A DNA stretch of 63,739 bases, filler included, from Craspedostauros australis (taxonomy: Eukaryota): the NCBI GenBank assembly GCA_030167865.1. It is 8 parts of 8 records of this genome, joined end to end, with 100 filler letters (N's around TTAATTAATTAA, not from the genome) between each part and the next. Parts side by side here need not be neighbours in the genome. Positions count along the whole stretch, not along the records: positions 45,686 to 61,910 come from JALAGF010004267.1; 7 more parts are not named here. One strand, given 5' to 3'. The position numbers were made by a program, and so were the translations under genes. The notes under the pieces were generated by a model. The model worked only from the letters and a program-made list of their open reading frames with translations, did not search any database and was not told the origin of the DNA. Within the stretch, counting starts at the first letter, position 1. The number at the start of each line of letters is the position of its first letter. This document shows, in pieces, positions 48,433 through 61,064 of the stretch.

Positions 48433-49686
48433 TCACATCTCCTCCAGACCCAAGAAATGGACGATCTCACGGAAACACTCGTCGACGCGACGCGTCTGGA
48501 TATTGTGACCAGCGCCTTCTAATCGCACAACGCGAGTGGACGGAGTCTTCTTTCCCTTGGAAAGTTGCGATTGGTATTCCAGATAGGCCACGGAATGCCG
48601 GTCGTGAAGTGACTTCATCTTGGCGGCACCGTAGATGAACAGCAAAGGCGTGCGTTCCATATCTATCGGCGCATGCACATAGGTTTGATCAAACCGAGAG
48701 TGGAAGGAATCGCAGCATAAATTCCAGTAAGGATAGCAGCGGTAGGATTTGTCCGCGAAGGCCAAGTTCAACTCCAGTGCATGCTTTATGTCGCCTCCGG
48801 GTCCTGGCGCATCGATAGGAAGTGTCCTGGCAACAATGAGGAAGATCACAATGATGTCCTGTATCGCGTACGAGATCCAGCTCGAGATGTATCGATATAC
48901 GCCGAAGATGATTGCGATTGCCACGTGATACACGCGAAGGGAGAAAAGGACAGGCACTCCTTCGTGCTTGTACAGAGCTTCCACGAAAGCTTCGTTGTCC
49001 TGCGTCGTGCTGCGCTTTGCCTTTATTGATGTCACTGTTTCGAGAAAGTTCTGCTCCACTTTGGGATGCAAGCCAGGCATGACGTCGAACAAAACAACGT
49101 CGTCGGGCGTCAATCCGCTTGCATTGATCGGGTCGGACTCGATGGATTGATTGATGTGGGTTATTCCAGCCATCATACCCCAATCGTGACAAATGCACGT
49201 CAACGGGATGCGTTCGGCACCAGCTGCACTCGATGAGGAGTAATGTTTGCGCAATGTCCTTGTCGCTTCTCGCACGCACGCTGTCCAGTCTGCGAACGAG
49301 TATCCGTCCTTGTTTGGTGCGTATGGGACGTTGGATTCTGGCGCCACGGAACCGATGGCGCGTTCGTGTCCTGGCAGGCACATGATTGCGACGGCGCAGT
49401 TGCCACGAGCGGCATCATCAGTGTCGCCGCTGTTGGAATGGAATGGGCTGGACGTCTGCACCAGCCGTTTGGCCAACGGGATGAAGCTGCGGTAGTCATC
49501 TGGATATCCTCCACAGTAAAGAATCAATCGTGATGGTGGTGTCTTTGCCGGAACGTTGTTCTTGCTGTTACCAATGCCTGTGCTGGTTTGGTACTCGTAG
49601 ACATGCAGATAGCCCGTTCCGTCGTGCGGAATTGGGTACGGGATGGTGCAGGTCGGATCGTTGACGGCAGCACCAGTGGAGGTCAT
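48433..49686 (-). CDS. alpha/beta hydrolase, epoxide-hydrolase-like
   Basis: Oxyanion motif GGYPD, nucleophile elbow CHDWG, PLLFIYG, and catalytic His in GAGH. Confidence 0.85.
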   Translation of the reverse strand: MTSTGAAVNDPTCTIPYPIPHDGTGYLHVYEYQTSTGIGNSKNNVPAKTPPSRLILYCGGYPDDYRSFIPLAKRLVQTSSPFHSNSGDTDDAARGNCAVAIMCLPGHERAIGSVAPESNVPYAPNKDGYSFADWTACVREATRTLRKHYSSSSAAGAERIPLTCICHDWGMMAGITHINQSIESDPINASGLTPDDVVLFDVMPGLHPKVEQNFLETVTSIKAKRSTTQDNEAFVEALYKHEGVPVLFSLRVYHVAIAIIFGVYRYISSWISYAIQDIIVIFLIVARTLPIDAPGPGGDIKHALELNLAFADKSYRCYPYWNLCCDSFHSRFDQTYVHAPIDMERTPLLFIYGAAKMKSLHDRHSVAYLEYQSQLSKGKKTPSTRVVRLEGAGHNIQTRRVDECFREIVHFLGLEEM

Positions 49687-50188
49687 GCTGAAAGAGACAG
49701 AATGCTGTATTGTATTCTAAGTGGCTTTGTGGCAACATGCACCAATTTGCCTTTCTGCTCCACGTGTCTGTGTATTTTGTGGCGGCCGAGATGATGAACC
49801 CATTCAAGAGGGTGGTCCAATTCCATCGTGACTTTGATTGTTGGGACTCCGCAAGGTTGCGGTCCTCCCAAAGATACTGGTGCCGCGATTCGTTGCGATC
49901 GCATGGGAGATGGGCGAGGAGGACAGCTCTGCGATGTCACCCATCAACACAGAAAACAAAACATGGGAAGTCTAAACTCACGAAGCTAGATTCCAAACCT
50001 TCTGAACCACACAAAACGCAACCGCCCGCACAGAACAAAACTGGCACCAATGTGGCACGAAACATGAACACTTGCCGAAAGCCTCCAACCCTCACCGACT
50101 CGGAGCAAGCAAACAAGGACAGGAGATCAACAACACCAACACCAACACCAACACCAACACCAACATCACCACCGCACACTTGATCACC

Positions 50189-51028
50189 ATGTTCTCGTCA
50201 CTCGCCCGCAGCCGGCGGCAATCCTTGCCACACGACGATGACTCAGGACGGTTGCACGCCGATACGGAAAGACGCCGGGTGCTGGCATCATCGCCCGCAC
50301 CGGAAGAACCAGCATTCTACGAACACCCAGGCACGATCCTCCTCGTCTGCTCCATCCCGTTCTGCTTGGGCGCGTACTTTGGCACGCGGCAATCGAAACG
50401 CATGGAAGCCATGATGATGGAGGATGAGGCCCACATGGCAGCAGCGACGGCAACGGATCGAAGTCGTGCCTTGGGTCTTGCCACGGCCTCGCGGGCTTTG
50501 AAGGTGGCGACCTTTTCGACGATCGGGGCATTCGGGATGTTTGGGGCGGGTACGTATGGTATTCAATGGACTATTCTAGTCAAATATGTGCTTCGATGTT
50601 GCCATCTTGCAGGAGAAGACTATGTACGTGATCATGGGCGTACCCAGAGAGAGCACCACTGCCGAGTATTTCGACTTGACTAACATCATTCAACTTTTCT
50701 TTCCAATTTCTCCACCATGCTCGACTCAACCACAAATTCAACCACCGCACGCCCCGCAGTGACATTCTATGCCATGGGATACCGCAGAATGGAGGATGCC
50801 GTGCAGGAAACGAAAGCATGGGCGACGCGCAATCGCATGGCGTTGGAGGAATGGCTGGATTCGGACAATCTGCGATCGACCATGAAGGATCCTGAAGTGG
50901 TGGCAACGCGGAACATGAAGGAGGATGAGGAATTGAAGTATCTGTACGATACGTACTTGAAGCAGGAAGTGGACGAGAGCGTGGAGGCTTACGAGAAGGA
51001 GAATGGGTCGGATGTCGAGGAGGAATGA
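50189..51028 (+). CDS. small two-TM membrane protein, TMEM242/DUF1358-like; exons 50189-50549 and 50760-51028
   Basis: Intron GTACGT(50550)..CGCAG(50759) gives ASRALKVATFSTIGAFGMFGAVTFYAMGYRRMED, resembling the TMEM242 ALRAL..TM..LG...DF motif. Family call is tentative. Confidence 0.65.
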
Positions 51029-51470
51029 ACGTGGAGATCTCGATGCAGCTGTGCTCGTCCTGTTATTAGTATTCCTGGCGCTATTGCAATAATGAATGTG
51101 CATGAGATGAAGAAAATTCTCTCTCCAGTTTAATATCAACTCAATTGCTTCGTATCCAGGCTGTGGAATCGTATCGTGTGGTATCTACAGTTGTTTAGTC
51201 ATGCAAGGCATGTATACAGGCATCCATGCGTGCATAGAGAGCATGGAACCACGGCATTCCTGTTGGTGCTGGTTGATACTGATGATGCATTCGCAAGAAC
51301 TAAACCAGAATAGCATCCCGAATGACAGTCCGAATGGGAATAACTGATGGTTGCCAATGCGTTTTTTCTTTCTTCCTTCCCTCCTTCAAAAAAGAGAGAC
51401 GATGTGCTGAATGCAATATAAAATAGTAGTAGCTCGATTGCTCGCTTCATCGTCAATGAGCAAAGCCACT

Positions 51471-52427
51471 TCACAAGTACTTGGCCATCGTCTCATCGTA
51501 ATCCCAATCCGACCGACTCGCCGCGAATTGCCGCTGCACCCCGCGGTACGAGACCCGATCCGGATTGTCGACGGGCAGCTGTCGCGGCGGCGGCAATCCC
51601 GCTTGCGCCGCCAACACGCCTGCCAATCCCTCCTTCAAGGACGCCGCCTTGACGGCGCGCAGGTTGATCGGCACGTCTTCGCGGATGCGCCATTCGAGGG
51701 CGGCGACGGGGACGGGGCCCTTGGGGCGCACGTCGACGACGTAGGAGACGAGGGTCTGGATGCGGCCGGCCGTGTCGGCGATCTCCTGGACCTTCCACGT
51801 GCCGTCGAACTCCTTGAAGAAGGGGCTGTCGACGCACTTGAAGCTGATCTGCTTGGCGTCGAGGGCCGGCAGGTTCTGTTCCGTCATGTCCATGGTGACG
51901 GTGGCGGAGAAGTCGAAGCCGACGATCTTTTGCGCGCCCTTTTGGTAAAGGCGGCATTTGTAGCTGCCGTCGCCGGGCACCGCGCTGGGTGGCGCCCCTG
52001 CGGTGCTGGTGACCTTACTCTCAATGAGGTTGGGAACGTGGATGGAGAGGCGGTCGTAGTCGGTCAGGATGGCCCAGACGTCCTCCAGCGGGGTGTCGTT
52101 GACGACGATCTCGCCGCCGATGCGTCGCGAGTTGGCGGACGTGCGCTCGATGCGCACCTTCACCATCTCCTCCGGGGTGTCGCCGGAGACGGTGGTGCTG
52201 ACTTCCTCGCCTCCCAGGAACCATGCTTGCAGTGCCGATGGTGACTGCGATGAGATGTGCTGCGGTGCTGTTGCTCTGGCTGGCCAGACAGCCGCTATCC
52301 TGGGTTGCTGGAAGGCCTGGGCTGTGAAGGTGGCTGGTGACAGTGTCGTTGACAGTGCTGTTGACAGCACCACCGCGATGGATACCACGGAGGCTGAAAC
52401 CGAAGGCTGCATTGAATTCTTCTTCAT
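51471..52427 (-). CDS. plastid-targeted START/SRPBCC (polyketide cyclase / COQ10-like) protein
   Basis: Bipartite leader with AQA-F cleavage motif. VWAILTDYDRLSIHVPNL, RLYQKG, FKEFDGTWKV, LEWRIREDVPINL. Confidence 0.85.
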   Translation of the reverse strand: MKKNSMQPSVSASVVSIAVVLSTALSTTLSPATFTAQAFQQPRIAAVWPARATAPQHISSQSPSALQAWFLGGEEVSTTVSGDTPEEMVKVRIERTSANSRRIGGEIVVNDTPLEDVWAILTDYDRLSIHVPNLIESKVTSTAGAPPSAVPGDGSYKCRLYQKGAQKIVGFDFSATVTMDMTEQNLPALDAKQISFKCVDSPFFKEFDGTWKVQEIADTAGRIQTLVSYVVDVRPKGPVPVAALEWRIREDVPINLRAVKAASLKEGLAGVLAAQAGLPPPRQLPVDNPDRVSYRGVQRQFAASRSDWDYDETMAKYL

Positions 52428-55400
52428 TTTCTGATTGTGCGTCAAGTTTTTCGTACGTTTCCTTTCTCCTTTCTCTCTTCGTTCTCGCGTTCTCGTTCTG
52501 TCTCTCGCTGTGGCTGTTCTTGCTGCTTTGCTTTGCTCTCCTTTGCGTCTCTGGAATGTGCTCTTCGTTGTGGACGTGCTTGGCTTGTTGTTGGTTTTGT
52601 GATCAAGGAAAGGGATGGTGTACGTTGCCTTGAAGCCAACCAAGAGAAAGAAAGAAAGAGAAAGAGAGAGATTGAAGTACAAGATGTCGCAGTGCAAGAC
52701 AACTGAGATCATCTTGTCTGCTCCTTCGTTGGTTGCTCTGCTCGCCATCCACACACAGCAACCAAAGAAACACGCATGCGCCCCCTGGGTCCTTCATCTG
52801 GCCGCCTGAAGCGGTTTTTCTTCGCACAAACAACGCGACAACAGCGATGATGTGTTCCAATTGCCACGATGGCTGCGTTCTGTTTGCTTCCAGTTGTCGT
52901 CATGTCGCGAACGTGTCGTAGCGACTGACGTTGACCAATCCGAGCGGTCGAAAGTTGATGACGTCACAAAAACACATCTGGTCGTTTTCGATTTCTGTGA
53001 GTCAGCCTCAAGATTTTCCGTGGCTTGGCCGAAAACCTTCTGGTCATTCGTTTGTTTCGTGTGCAACGATCGTGGCGATCCGTGATGATGATGATGATTG
53101 CGTTCGTGTGCAGTGATGTTCGTGACGATGTTGATGGCGGCCTTCGCCTGGAAGACGATCCTGCCAGGTGTGCTCGGTTGACGTAGTTTGTGTGATGGTG
53201 ATGTTAAAATCTTTCCTTCTTTGCTGATGTCGATCGTCAAGAAGGGGAGAGGTTGATGGCAAAGTTCTGTGGAGTCCTGTCACACCAACTCTCTGGATGT
53301 CAGTCAGTCTACCTTCGTCAGGATCAGCACTCCAATACGTATTCTATGTATATTTACGTAGAGCAGCTGTCCCTCCCTGGTGTCTTGTATCCCTTTATGA
53401 ACCAGATATATTTACACTTTTATATCGCTTACTATATCTCGACACCGCGTTAAATTTTGAATGCGTTTGTCCTACCACGGCCTAGGCAAAAACTAAATCG
53501 GTACCTTGATTAGTAGTGCTATTGTTGGAACACAAAAATTGTGTTTTACCATACTTCGTCACCTTCCATGGTAGATGCCCCAATGTTCTTCAAAGATATG
53601 GAACCCACACAAGCTGAAGATCCGTTTCACCCTCTTGGGTGTGCTCCTGTCTAGGTCAGCAATTTATTTGTGGCTTTGAAGTAGCAGCAATATTGGCGCA
53701 GTAGTTGCTTGCCATCATCCTCGATGATGTGTTTACGGTGTTCGTACACGCCCATGAACCTTTCCTTGCTCAGAACTGGTTGAGTGCTGCTCATCCTTCT
53801 CTTCGTTCTTGGAGATGGCAACCTCTGGAAGGGAAAAGCAGCTATCCCCGAAAGCAAAACACAACGGCAGTTCCAGCAACTTGGTGCGCAGAAGAAAAAC
53901 GATGTGATTCCACCCACAATGATAGAACACAGACAAGAATGGGTACTTACTTCGAAATTGGGAGTGATCAGGTCCGTCAAATGAAGTAGAGTGAAGCTGT
54001 TGATAGTTGTCAGTGTGCTATGAGTGGTTATTAGTATTAGATGATGTAAGCTGGCCCAATTCAGAACTGTTGGAGTCTGAATTGTGAGTAGATGGAGATG
54101 AAATGATGAAAAATGATGCTGAGGCAACATGTGTTGCAACACACAGCAGTGCATGAAGATGTTGTCAAGTTTGCAAGACTGAGGAGGTTCATGGTGCCTC
54201 CAACACTGATCTTGCTTCTTGGAACAACAATGATGCATGCAACAAATCCGATCATTGCAGAAATGCAATCTTGCCAAATTTGATGGGATTGATGAGCTTG
54301 TATCTGAGCCAAGATGCTCAGATACATTCACTCAACAAGACAGTAGACATGCCCTGTGAAGGTGGATTTGCTGGGGATTCAGACATACATGTTCATGTAC
54401 ACATAAGGAAGATGACAGGTAGGGCCTGACGTCCATGTATTAGCCCGCCACCATCCCCAGATACCAAGACAGGTATCTGAGGACCGTCGGGAGTTGCGGT
54501 AAATGAGGTAAACATATAAATAGAAAACGGTTCATGACCAACAGTCTCATGCGTGACCTGACGCAGTCTACGCATAACAAAATTAGACGTAGACTAATGT
54601 GAATATAGAATTTTGATCTGGTAGAACCAACAAAGACGAAATTCGGAACGAAGATCATCGGTCTTGGCTCGTTCCACGACTGAGATAAGTCGAGCGAGTC
54701 AGTTTCGATCAGGATTCCGAGACACGTTCGGATTTTTTGCGAAGCGCCCAAACGCGGATGGTGTCATCCGATCGTCACTTCGATGACCCAATGGGCGCAA
54801 AATGCCACCAATCCGATGTCACAATCACTCGTGTGCGCTCAGGGTAGTTCCACTCGCAAATTTGAGTTCCGTTGACGACATGTGACACGAGATTGGTCCA
54901 TAAATGGGTTGTTCTGAGCGACATCGACACGACAACGTTGTTCTGTTCTTCCACAAATTTGGTGTTGGCCGGATCTTCCCAAGCGAACTGTTGGGGGTGG
55001 CTTCTCCACACAATCACGTGATGGAGTTGAGCAACCTCGGCACACACAGTTCCAGCGAACGGCCACAGAGACAACACCAGTACCACCCACCATGACACGT
55101 GATGCGCGAGCGAGCGACTCATTGTCATACGCGTGCTCATGGCGCAGCAACCCATCGGTGCACGCGTGGCTACTCCACTATTCTGCGACAGGTGCTTCCC
55201 GCCCATCCACCTTCTCGTCCTCTCCGTGGATACCACGCCAATACGAGTGCTCCACCACCGATCATGAACACCCCCCCCAACCTGCCATCAACCTCAATCG
55301 CGAAAAGAAGCGACCGAAAAGCCCACCCACACAAGAGGGGAGCGTTCAGCGCATGCGAAAACCCAACGAAGATGGCGGCTGGCGAAGGAATGGCAGCAGT

Positions 55401-55479
55401 TCCTGTTGCTGTTCGTCCCTTCCTTCCCCGGACTCCAAATCATCTCATAAATCCTTCATCTCGTTGATGACGAAAAGCC

Positions 55480-58400
55480 ATGCATTCTCACTTCTACCAA
55501 CGAATCCTTGCTGCTCTGGTGCTTGCGGTGCTTGTCGTTACGGCAGTGGCATCCCCGGCGCCAAAGTTGACGGTGAGTACGAGCAAGATGGCAACTGTCA
55601 CTGTTGTCTCGACGTGTGGGGGCTCCTTCTTTGCTGGCATTCCCGCCTTGCCGCATCCGCATCCACAGACATACGCGTACGTGCATCCAATTCAATGACC
55701 TCATCCTCAACTCAACTTTGTATCTGTACCTTGTATTACGCAATACATCACAACGCATCACGTCACGTCACTTCACGTCATGTCCTTCATCACACAACCA
55801 ACAACTGAATCGAACTCAATTCAGACGCATGACGCTGCCTCGGGCGAACACAGTACCCTACAGGAGCCATGCCTCGTCTCGGCACGTACCATTGGCGCTG
55901 CCGATGGAAATGATGCAACTGACTACTCGTGCATGCTCCAAGGCTCCGATGAGGAAGCGCATGGGCCTGTGCATTTGACCATCGAAGGGCTGACGCCGGA
56001 ATGGGCCAAGAACAACCGTGCATGGTCAACTTCCTCTTCCAAATCCACGTTGTTTCTGGAGAATGTCATCATCGATGTCACCGACTTCTCCTTGAAGCTG
56101 CCGGACTTGAAGACAGTCGATGACATGAACATCGAGCATCATCAATCAAGCGAACAAAGCGATGGCCGTGGACATGGACGTGGTCGTTCTCTGACCACTC
56201 CTGATGTCTTTGGTTCTGGCAACAAGAAGTTCCTCTTCATCCAGGTCGTCTTCCAAACCAACTACACAGTTCCCAAGTCCTTCATCAAAGACGAGATCTT
56301 CGGCGCCCAGCCCAACTTCACCGACCAGTTCGCGGCCATGTCTTTTGACAAGCTGAGGCTCTCCACCATGCCGACGAATGAGACAGATGATGGGATTCTG
56401 ACAATTGAGTTCCCCCCTGACGTTGATCCCACCACTCTCGAGGCAACAACAGTTGATAATCTCATCTCGCAATATCTGAAGCAGGAGGTCAAGATCTATG
56501 ATGACTTTGATTTCTTCTTGATCTTGGTCCCGTTCGGGTTGGGTAGCTTCCAAGGAACTGAATGGACCGGTAAGTGCCGACAAGGACCACACAGCTCGTA
56601 TCTTCTATGTCAACATTACGCACTGGTATCGTGATGAGCTCTACCTGTGCTCACACTCCTATCTAACCCATCTCACTCCATCGTGGAATACCATCTTTCT
56701 TCCGTGCGAATCAAACTCTCCCGATTCTCAACGCGTGCACCGATGTAACCGGCACACCACTGATTCACAGCGTACGCCTATTTCGACCAAAAGATCAGCG
56801 TGTACAACGGTATCAGAAACTATCCAGACACGCACTGGGCAGCCAGCCCACACTTCATCATCCACGAACTCGGTCACAGCTTCGGGCTTGGTCATTCCAA
56901 TCGGAACGGGGTAGAGTATGCAGATCCCAGGTAAGCGCAGCCAACGCGTCAGCAGAGAGAAAGAAAGAGAGAGGTTGAAGACGATCTGTGACATTCTGCA
57001 TCAATCATTGTAGACGGATGGACGACCGGACACAAGAACGCACACAATCAAACTCCGGAGAGAGCACATTGGACGCGTCTGCCATGTTCTGGTCCTCATC
57101 ACATGATAGGGACCCTGTTTTCTCAGTCGAAGCCCATCTCACCCTCCTCTTCGTGTATCCTCTTCCTCGTTGTTGACGTTTTCCGGTCAATGGATTCCGA
57201 CCCCCAACACCGACTATTATTCCGCAGCGGCATGATGGGCGGAACAGTTTTTGGTCCATTTTTTAATGAATCGCTGAGCGATAAGGTGGGGTACAATGGT
57301 AAGTGCTACGACGCCGTCGCCTTGTGGAGAGCAAGGACCTAGATGGTTCCGTTCCAGGAGGAGTCGTGTCACCTCATCACATACGATGCGATGCGGCACT
57401 CTACGTACGCTGTCTCATCAATCATTCCCTTCTCCATCGTTTCGTTCTTTACGTCCACGCCAAATCATTTCACGCTCTCATGCTCATGCTACAAACCTAC
57501 CCCTTCAATATCATTACTCATGCGCCTGCTCCTCCACCACACATAGGTGCCAAGAGCTGGGTGATGGGGTGGTACTCCGATCAGACCACATTGCTCACCG
57601 GAGGTCAAGACATCGACTTCGAGGGAAGGCTCTGCGGAGTGGTCGATTATGACCCCGCTGACACCAGTTTCGACGTCATCATCCAAATTGACGATCCTGA
57701 GAGTGAATTGAACTACTACATCGCCTTCAACAGAGCCATTGGCTTCAACGCCGATTCTCCACTGGGCAGGGATCAGGTCCTCGTGACAAGGGCACAAGAC
57801 CACGGCACTACACAGACGCGATTCTCTCATCTGGAGGCCATCCTGAACATGACACAATCATCGTACAGAATTGACGCCCAGTCGTCTTTGCTGGATGGAA
57901 TCGTTGTTTCGGTATCCAACATCGATGATGGCTCGACCACACCCATGTGTGCGACAGTGAGCGTGAAATTCGATCTCAGTCGATCACCAACCGCGGCACC
58001 ATCCGGTTCTGCGGCACCATCAATGTCATCACTCCCATCGAATGTTCCGAGTATAACCCCCTCGTCTGCCCCAACCGGAATTTGCGGCACGTGGGATTCG
58101 ACAGCGATCGCCGCCTCTCGCTTCGATGAGCGCATTGAGTCATTCAGATTCGATGTTCGCATACTGGACCGCATCGAACTCACCGCCATCAAGATCGTCG
58201 TGGCTCCTGAATTCACCAACATGCCATACACGATCTTCTTCCGTCCAAGCACCTGGGATGCCGATGGCGACTGGACTCAGATTGCATCAGGAAACAACGG
58301 AGAAACGGACTCGTCTGGCTTCACCCCTTCCCTCATATTTGATCAGTCCGTGGTGGTGTCCGCGGATGATGACATTGTATCCTTCCGCATTGACATGGCC

Positions 58401-59348
58401 GACAGGTTGAGGACTATTACCTCATCATCTCCGCGTGTGACCCCAGAGTTCTTTGTCAACTGCCCAGACTGCCCATTCGAGGTATTCAGCGGACAAGGTA
58501 GCCTCGAAGTTGGAAACAACCCACCCAATTTCAGCGATGAGTTCCCCTTCTTCTTCGGCATCCTCGAATTCTGTCCGGATTCGAGCACCGAGATGCCAAC
58601 TGGATCTGCTTCCCCCACTACGACGACACTGCCATCAATTCAACCATCCGCAAGCCCCACTCAGGCACCAACAGACACCTGCCGCGACGCAAAAACAGCA
58701 GGTCTCCCAAGATCATTCTTTGCCGACTCGGTCGCGTCAGTGCGACACGACATTCAGATTCTGGACAGTGTCGACATCACAGGCATGAGGCTTGTCCTGC
58801 CATCGATGGGGAACCAAAATTTCACAATCTTCTATCGCCCAAGTACGCGGGATGCACCCGGGAATTGGACAGAACTTGCATCGGGAATGATCGAGGCCAG
58901 AGGTGATGATGAATTCACAGATGTGATTCCATTCGATCAACCTTTGGCTGTATCCGAAAGCGACGACGTGATCTCCATCCGCATCGATACACGAACGAAT
59001 GTGGGGGATGAATTCTCGAGGAACATCATTCCCATCCCTCCAGACTGGCTTGATTGCGGCAATTGCCCATTCACTATCTTTACGGGAACGGCGAGCCGTG
59101 TTGTCGGTGATAATCCTCCTCCTCTCTACCCTGGCTTCTATGAGTACTTCATGGGTTCACTGGAATTCTGCAACGGTAACTCGAAGATGCCGTCATCCAC
59201 GCCGTCGTCCTTCCCTTCCTCCCAACCATCTTACATGCGCAGCACGAAGGGGGCGAAATCATACAAATCGGACAAGTCATCAAAGGAGAGCAAGACGAAG
59301 TCTCCCAAGTCACCCAAATCAAGCAAGTTGTCGAAGAGCCCCAAATGA
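55480..59348 (+). CDS. secreted peptidase M11 (gametolysin-like) zinc metalloprotease, 956 aa; exons 55480-55572, 55825-56569, 56771-56930, 57228-57298, 57547-59348
   Basis: Four GT-AG introns splice in frame. Signal peptide, prodomain ending RGRSL, HELGHSFGLGHS zinc motif, EYADPSGMMG Met-turn, YNGAKSWVMGWY, FNRAIGFN. Then PS linkers, two repeated domains and a KxxK tail. Confidence 0.9.
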
Positions 59349-59957
59349 CACAACTCAATAAGTATGGATACTCGTGCATCCAGCTCCTGTTGCAGCAATG
59401 AGGGCAGATGGTGGTCTCTCACCAGGCTGTGTCACAATCCTTGACCATGGGATGAGGGATACCATCGAAGCTCGAGCATTGAAGAATGAACAATCTACTC
59501 CATAATATGATACATGTTATAATGTCTCCACAGAAGCACATACATACGTACATTACCAATCTCCTCCGTCCGCATAGCTCGTCGTATGCAGACCGCTCGC
59601 AGAATACTGCTTGCACGTACTCCACTGTAGGTGTGCTTGCTACCATTTTGATCGGATTTATGTTCATTCCGTGGTGATACGCTCCGGGTACGAGTACTGC
59701 ATGAAATCCATTCTCATACCCAACATTCATAATAGTATTATGGACCAGGAGAAAAGAGTGAAACTGGAAGCGTTGGAAGTCTCTGGAGAGGGGAGAGAGA
59801 GAAGATATCGCTTCTCAGTTCCACAGCATCTGCGTGTCGGAGAATGGTAGCATCGTCAAATCTGCGCATGCCTCATGGAGTCGCAACACAAACGACCGGC
59901 GGCCATGGCCAGGTCTCGCGGCTTGCCTCATTTCTCCATCTTCGACCCGTTGGTGGC

Positions 59958-60648
59958 CTACGAATGAACACCGTGGCGCTCCATGATCCATCCAATTCAC
60001 GCCGTTGGCACGATATCTGTGAATGGCATCAGCTCTTCCACGAGGCTCACTTACTTACTTCAAGTTGGAGTGGACGGAATTGTACATGGCCATCACCGGT
60101 ATGAATTGGATCGGCGCCCATATCACATCGCACAGTTCGACGACGATCAGCAACAGGTACGACGATGAATCCACGAAGTCTATCGCCAACGACACCCAGA
60201 GCGAGTTGGGATCGGTGGACAGGGCATGCCGCACGAGGCTGACGGACGTTGGGCGCGGTCTGGTTTGGTAGACCAGTCGCTGCGCTGCCTTGGATGACAA
60301 CAGCAACGAGTCGGCGAAGGGAATGAACGCCGCGCCGCCAATACGTTCGCGTCCATGTTGTGTGCCAGAATACATCACGAGGCTGGACGCGACGATCGAG
60401 GTGATCGCGATGACGAAGAACGGCAACGCGACGGGCATGAAAACGAGGAGCGTGCCCATCATGATGGGCGACGCCACCACGATGACCGTGATGAGCGGAA
60501 CCGATGGCAGGAGAATCATGTTGGAGGATGTCGGTACACGTTTCTTGGATGCAGCGTCCCGTATCCAATCATCTGATGGATCAATGAGATGGAACCACCA
60601 TTGCGCGATGGCGATGAACGCTGCGATTTCGGGTCGGTACGGGGGCAT
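59958..60648 (-). pseudogene. disrupted gene for a conserved uncharacterised membrane protein
   Basis: Motif SSYLL...DVIWAPIQ...NLK/VSLVEELMPFTDIVPTA*IGW is broken by an AAGTAAGTAAG duplication (60050-60060) and a TGA at 59997. An in-frame TAG precedes the ATG. Confidence 0.65.
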
Positions 60649-60885
60649 CTAGATGAAGCTTGACTCGTATGGTCGGTGATGGATTGTCGCTGACGTCATC
60701 GCCAACCGATGAAGCGAAATATCTTGCCGCGGCCAATGCTGTCGCCGCGCGAGTAGTTGCAGATTTGCCAGCAGCATTCGGGATCCTTCCAGTTATTGTT
60801 GTTGCTGCTGCTGCTACTGCTGCTTCAGGTGGTGATGGCGATTGGATGAAATTGAGAATCTGCCAGGATGTTTCTAAACATCCCG

Positions 60886-61064
60886 AGTGAGTCGACCACT
60901 CGTTTGAAACGGACCTCCAGAAATTTTCTCTCCTACATACTAACCAAGCACATATTCGTAATCCTTGTAGGTCTAATACAAATAATTAACCATTAAATTT
61001 TTGAATTAGATCCTAGTTTAAGTTTTATGGACCGATGGATATGCGCAATTTTCGATCTCTTTCG
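60886..61064 (-). repeat. dispersed repeat family B, copy 2
   Basis: Reverse-complement homolog of 34339-34517. Confidence 0.85.
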
